From Lepidodermella squamata (lineage: Eukaryota; Animalia; Gastrotricha), in the NCBI GenBank assembly GCA_047495785.1, contig JBLDXI010000042.1:1550001-1614000 (forward strand): 64,000 nt of DNA. Direction: 5' to 3'. A program made the position numbers and the translations under genes. The notes under the pieces were generated by a model. The model made no database searches and was not told the DNA's origin. It worked only from the letters and a program-made list of their open reading frames with translations. Position 1 is the stretch's first letter, and every line of letters starts with the position of its first letter. Shown piece after piece: positions 62,601 through 64,000 of this stretch.

Positions 62601-64000
62601 TGGTTATCAGAACCCGAATAACTGCTCGGAATGCCTATGCCCGGATGGTCTAGGTGGCGATTTCTGCGAGACCTACGCTCTTCACAAAGGTCCAGTTCCA
62701 TGCGGCGGTTACGTCGATGTAAACGCTTGCGGCTACACTTCAATCACCTCGCCCGGCTACCCGAATGTCTATGACAAGAATACGGCTTGCAACTGGTGGA
62801 TTAGAGCGGTAAATTCTAACCAAAATTCATAATAAATCTTAAAAGATTAATGTTCCAGCCGGCCGGCTCTGGATTAGTTTTCGGCTTCGAAAAAACGCCC
62901 GATCTTCCTAACGAATATTACTGTAACAATCTGAAACTGAATTGAAATTTTCGTTGGATTTTCGCTCTATATTTTATAGATGGGACGAGTTGCGGAGATT
63001 ACGTTTCAATTCGTGATTTCAGCAGTGTTGATAAATCACTGATGATGTGCGTAATTTTGGAATCATGGATCGGGTAATATTTATATCCATTTTTCACAGG
63101 TTTTGCACTTATAGCATTTCCAATGGTCGAGTTTACTCAACTGACGAGAATCAAGCAATAGTGACACTCGGAACGCAGGGCTTCTCAAGCACCAGCACCG
63201 GGTTCAATTTGACTGTCTACGCAACTTGCCCTGATACGAAAGCAACCTCGCTTACCAAGGAGTGTCGAATTACCGACACTGGTCGTGATTATGAAGGCAC
63301 GAACGTTACTACGTCGTCCAGGGGTGGAGCATGCTTGAAATGGTCAGACAGGTCAAGCGTGTTCGATTTGGGACTGCCAATGGGTGATGTTGCTGCGTCG
63401 GCCAATGCTTGCCGCGCGTATTTCATCAGCGACGATGACCCTGTATGCTTCGTCAGCAAAAACGTTTATGACGATTGTCCTCTAGTTGAAAAGTGCCCAA
63501 CAAGTAAGTAACGTGCTTAATTTAAAAAGGCCGATAAATAATTAAGGCGGAATTTGTCAATTTTTTCCATTTGAACACTAGCTTTTTGCCCCAATCCGTG
63601 TCAAAACGGGGGAACTTGTGTCGGCGTAGAAATTTGCAGCTGCCAAGCTGGATGGACCGGATCAACCTGCTCAGCTCGTGAGTTCTTTAGTTTCCAAGAA
63701 GTTTGACTGAGACTATCTTATTGTAACAGGAATCCCACCAAAATATGAAAGATGCTTCCTGAAGAGTACTGGCGATTTATCTATATGCCGATTGGCGCCT
63801 CCGCTGTCACTTGGCTGTCATGACTTTGAGTACCCGGTAAGGCTAACCAATCATATAAATTCCAGGGTTATTACCTAATTCAAGGGTGGTCGGACATATC
63901 CAAGCTACCAATCTTGCGTGAGAGGGGTAAGTAAATGAAAATTTCTTCAATTATGATGATGCTCGGTTGATAAAATAGCCTGTGAGCTACTGCTTTTCAC
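59606..64000 (+). CDS. Astacin (M12A) metalloprotease: signal-pro-astacin-EGF-CUB-Kringle-EGF-Cys module; runs off window
   Basis: MKQILAFTLLLCFAATSRG; WEEVTCARF; CWSYIG; HEIGHALGM|EHEQSRTDRD; Met-turn YDSVMHY; EGF (CRNGGY..P.NCSECLCPDG); CUB (SPGYPNVYDKNTACNWWI); Kringle (CRITDTGRDYEG...CLKWS...NACR); EGF (CQNGGTC). Confidence 0.9.
60472..60546 (-). other. tRNA-like/SINE-head sequence (Pol III A and B boxes)
   Basis: Minus strand GTAGATGGCTTAGTGG...GATTCAAATCC...TCGCCA; no clean cloverleaf. Confidence 0.55.
61148..61208 (+). other. tRNA-like/SINE-head sequence, inverted paralog of 60472-60546
   Basis: A box TGGCTTAGTGG, B box GGTTCAAATCC; anticodon region deleted. Confidence 0.55.
61228..61323. 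repeat. (ATTAA)n low-complexity tract
   Basis: Read directly from the sequence. Confidence 0.8.

Overview
Eukaryotic (invertebrate animal-type) genomic DNA: compact genes with ~50-60 bp GT-AG introns, TTAGGG-type interstitial telomeric tracts and many MITEs. No rRNA, CRISPR or prokaryotic operons. In order: an intact Sola-like DDD transposase; a broken LINE; a signal peptide-ankyrin-Sushi-EGF gene with one in-frame TGA; a trypsin-homolog pseudogene; two secreted LamG-type genes, one carrying tandem copies of an unrecognised 4-Cys module; nested MITEs; two intact divergent Cys-loop channel genes plus a pseudogene; a trypsin-homolog/Sushi gene; intronless ankyrin genes; an SGNH hydrolase; a third trypsin homolog; three tandem gustatory-receptor-like genes (one disrupted by a hAT insertion); two paralogous orphan secreted cationic peptides; a secreted dynein-light-chain-like protein; and an astacin-EGF-CUB-Kringle-EGF gene running off the right end. 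A local segmental duplication (about 9.9-12.8 kb vs 26.4-33.4 kb) has decayed reciprocally. The most novel-looking signals are: normally cytosolic folds (ankyrin, LC8) behind signal peptides; a new Cys-rich module shared by unrelated genes; P-D-R-filter short-loop pLGICs; and an MMP-type cysteine switch in an astacin. Exon boundaries and family calls were made by eye, with no database searches.
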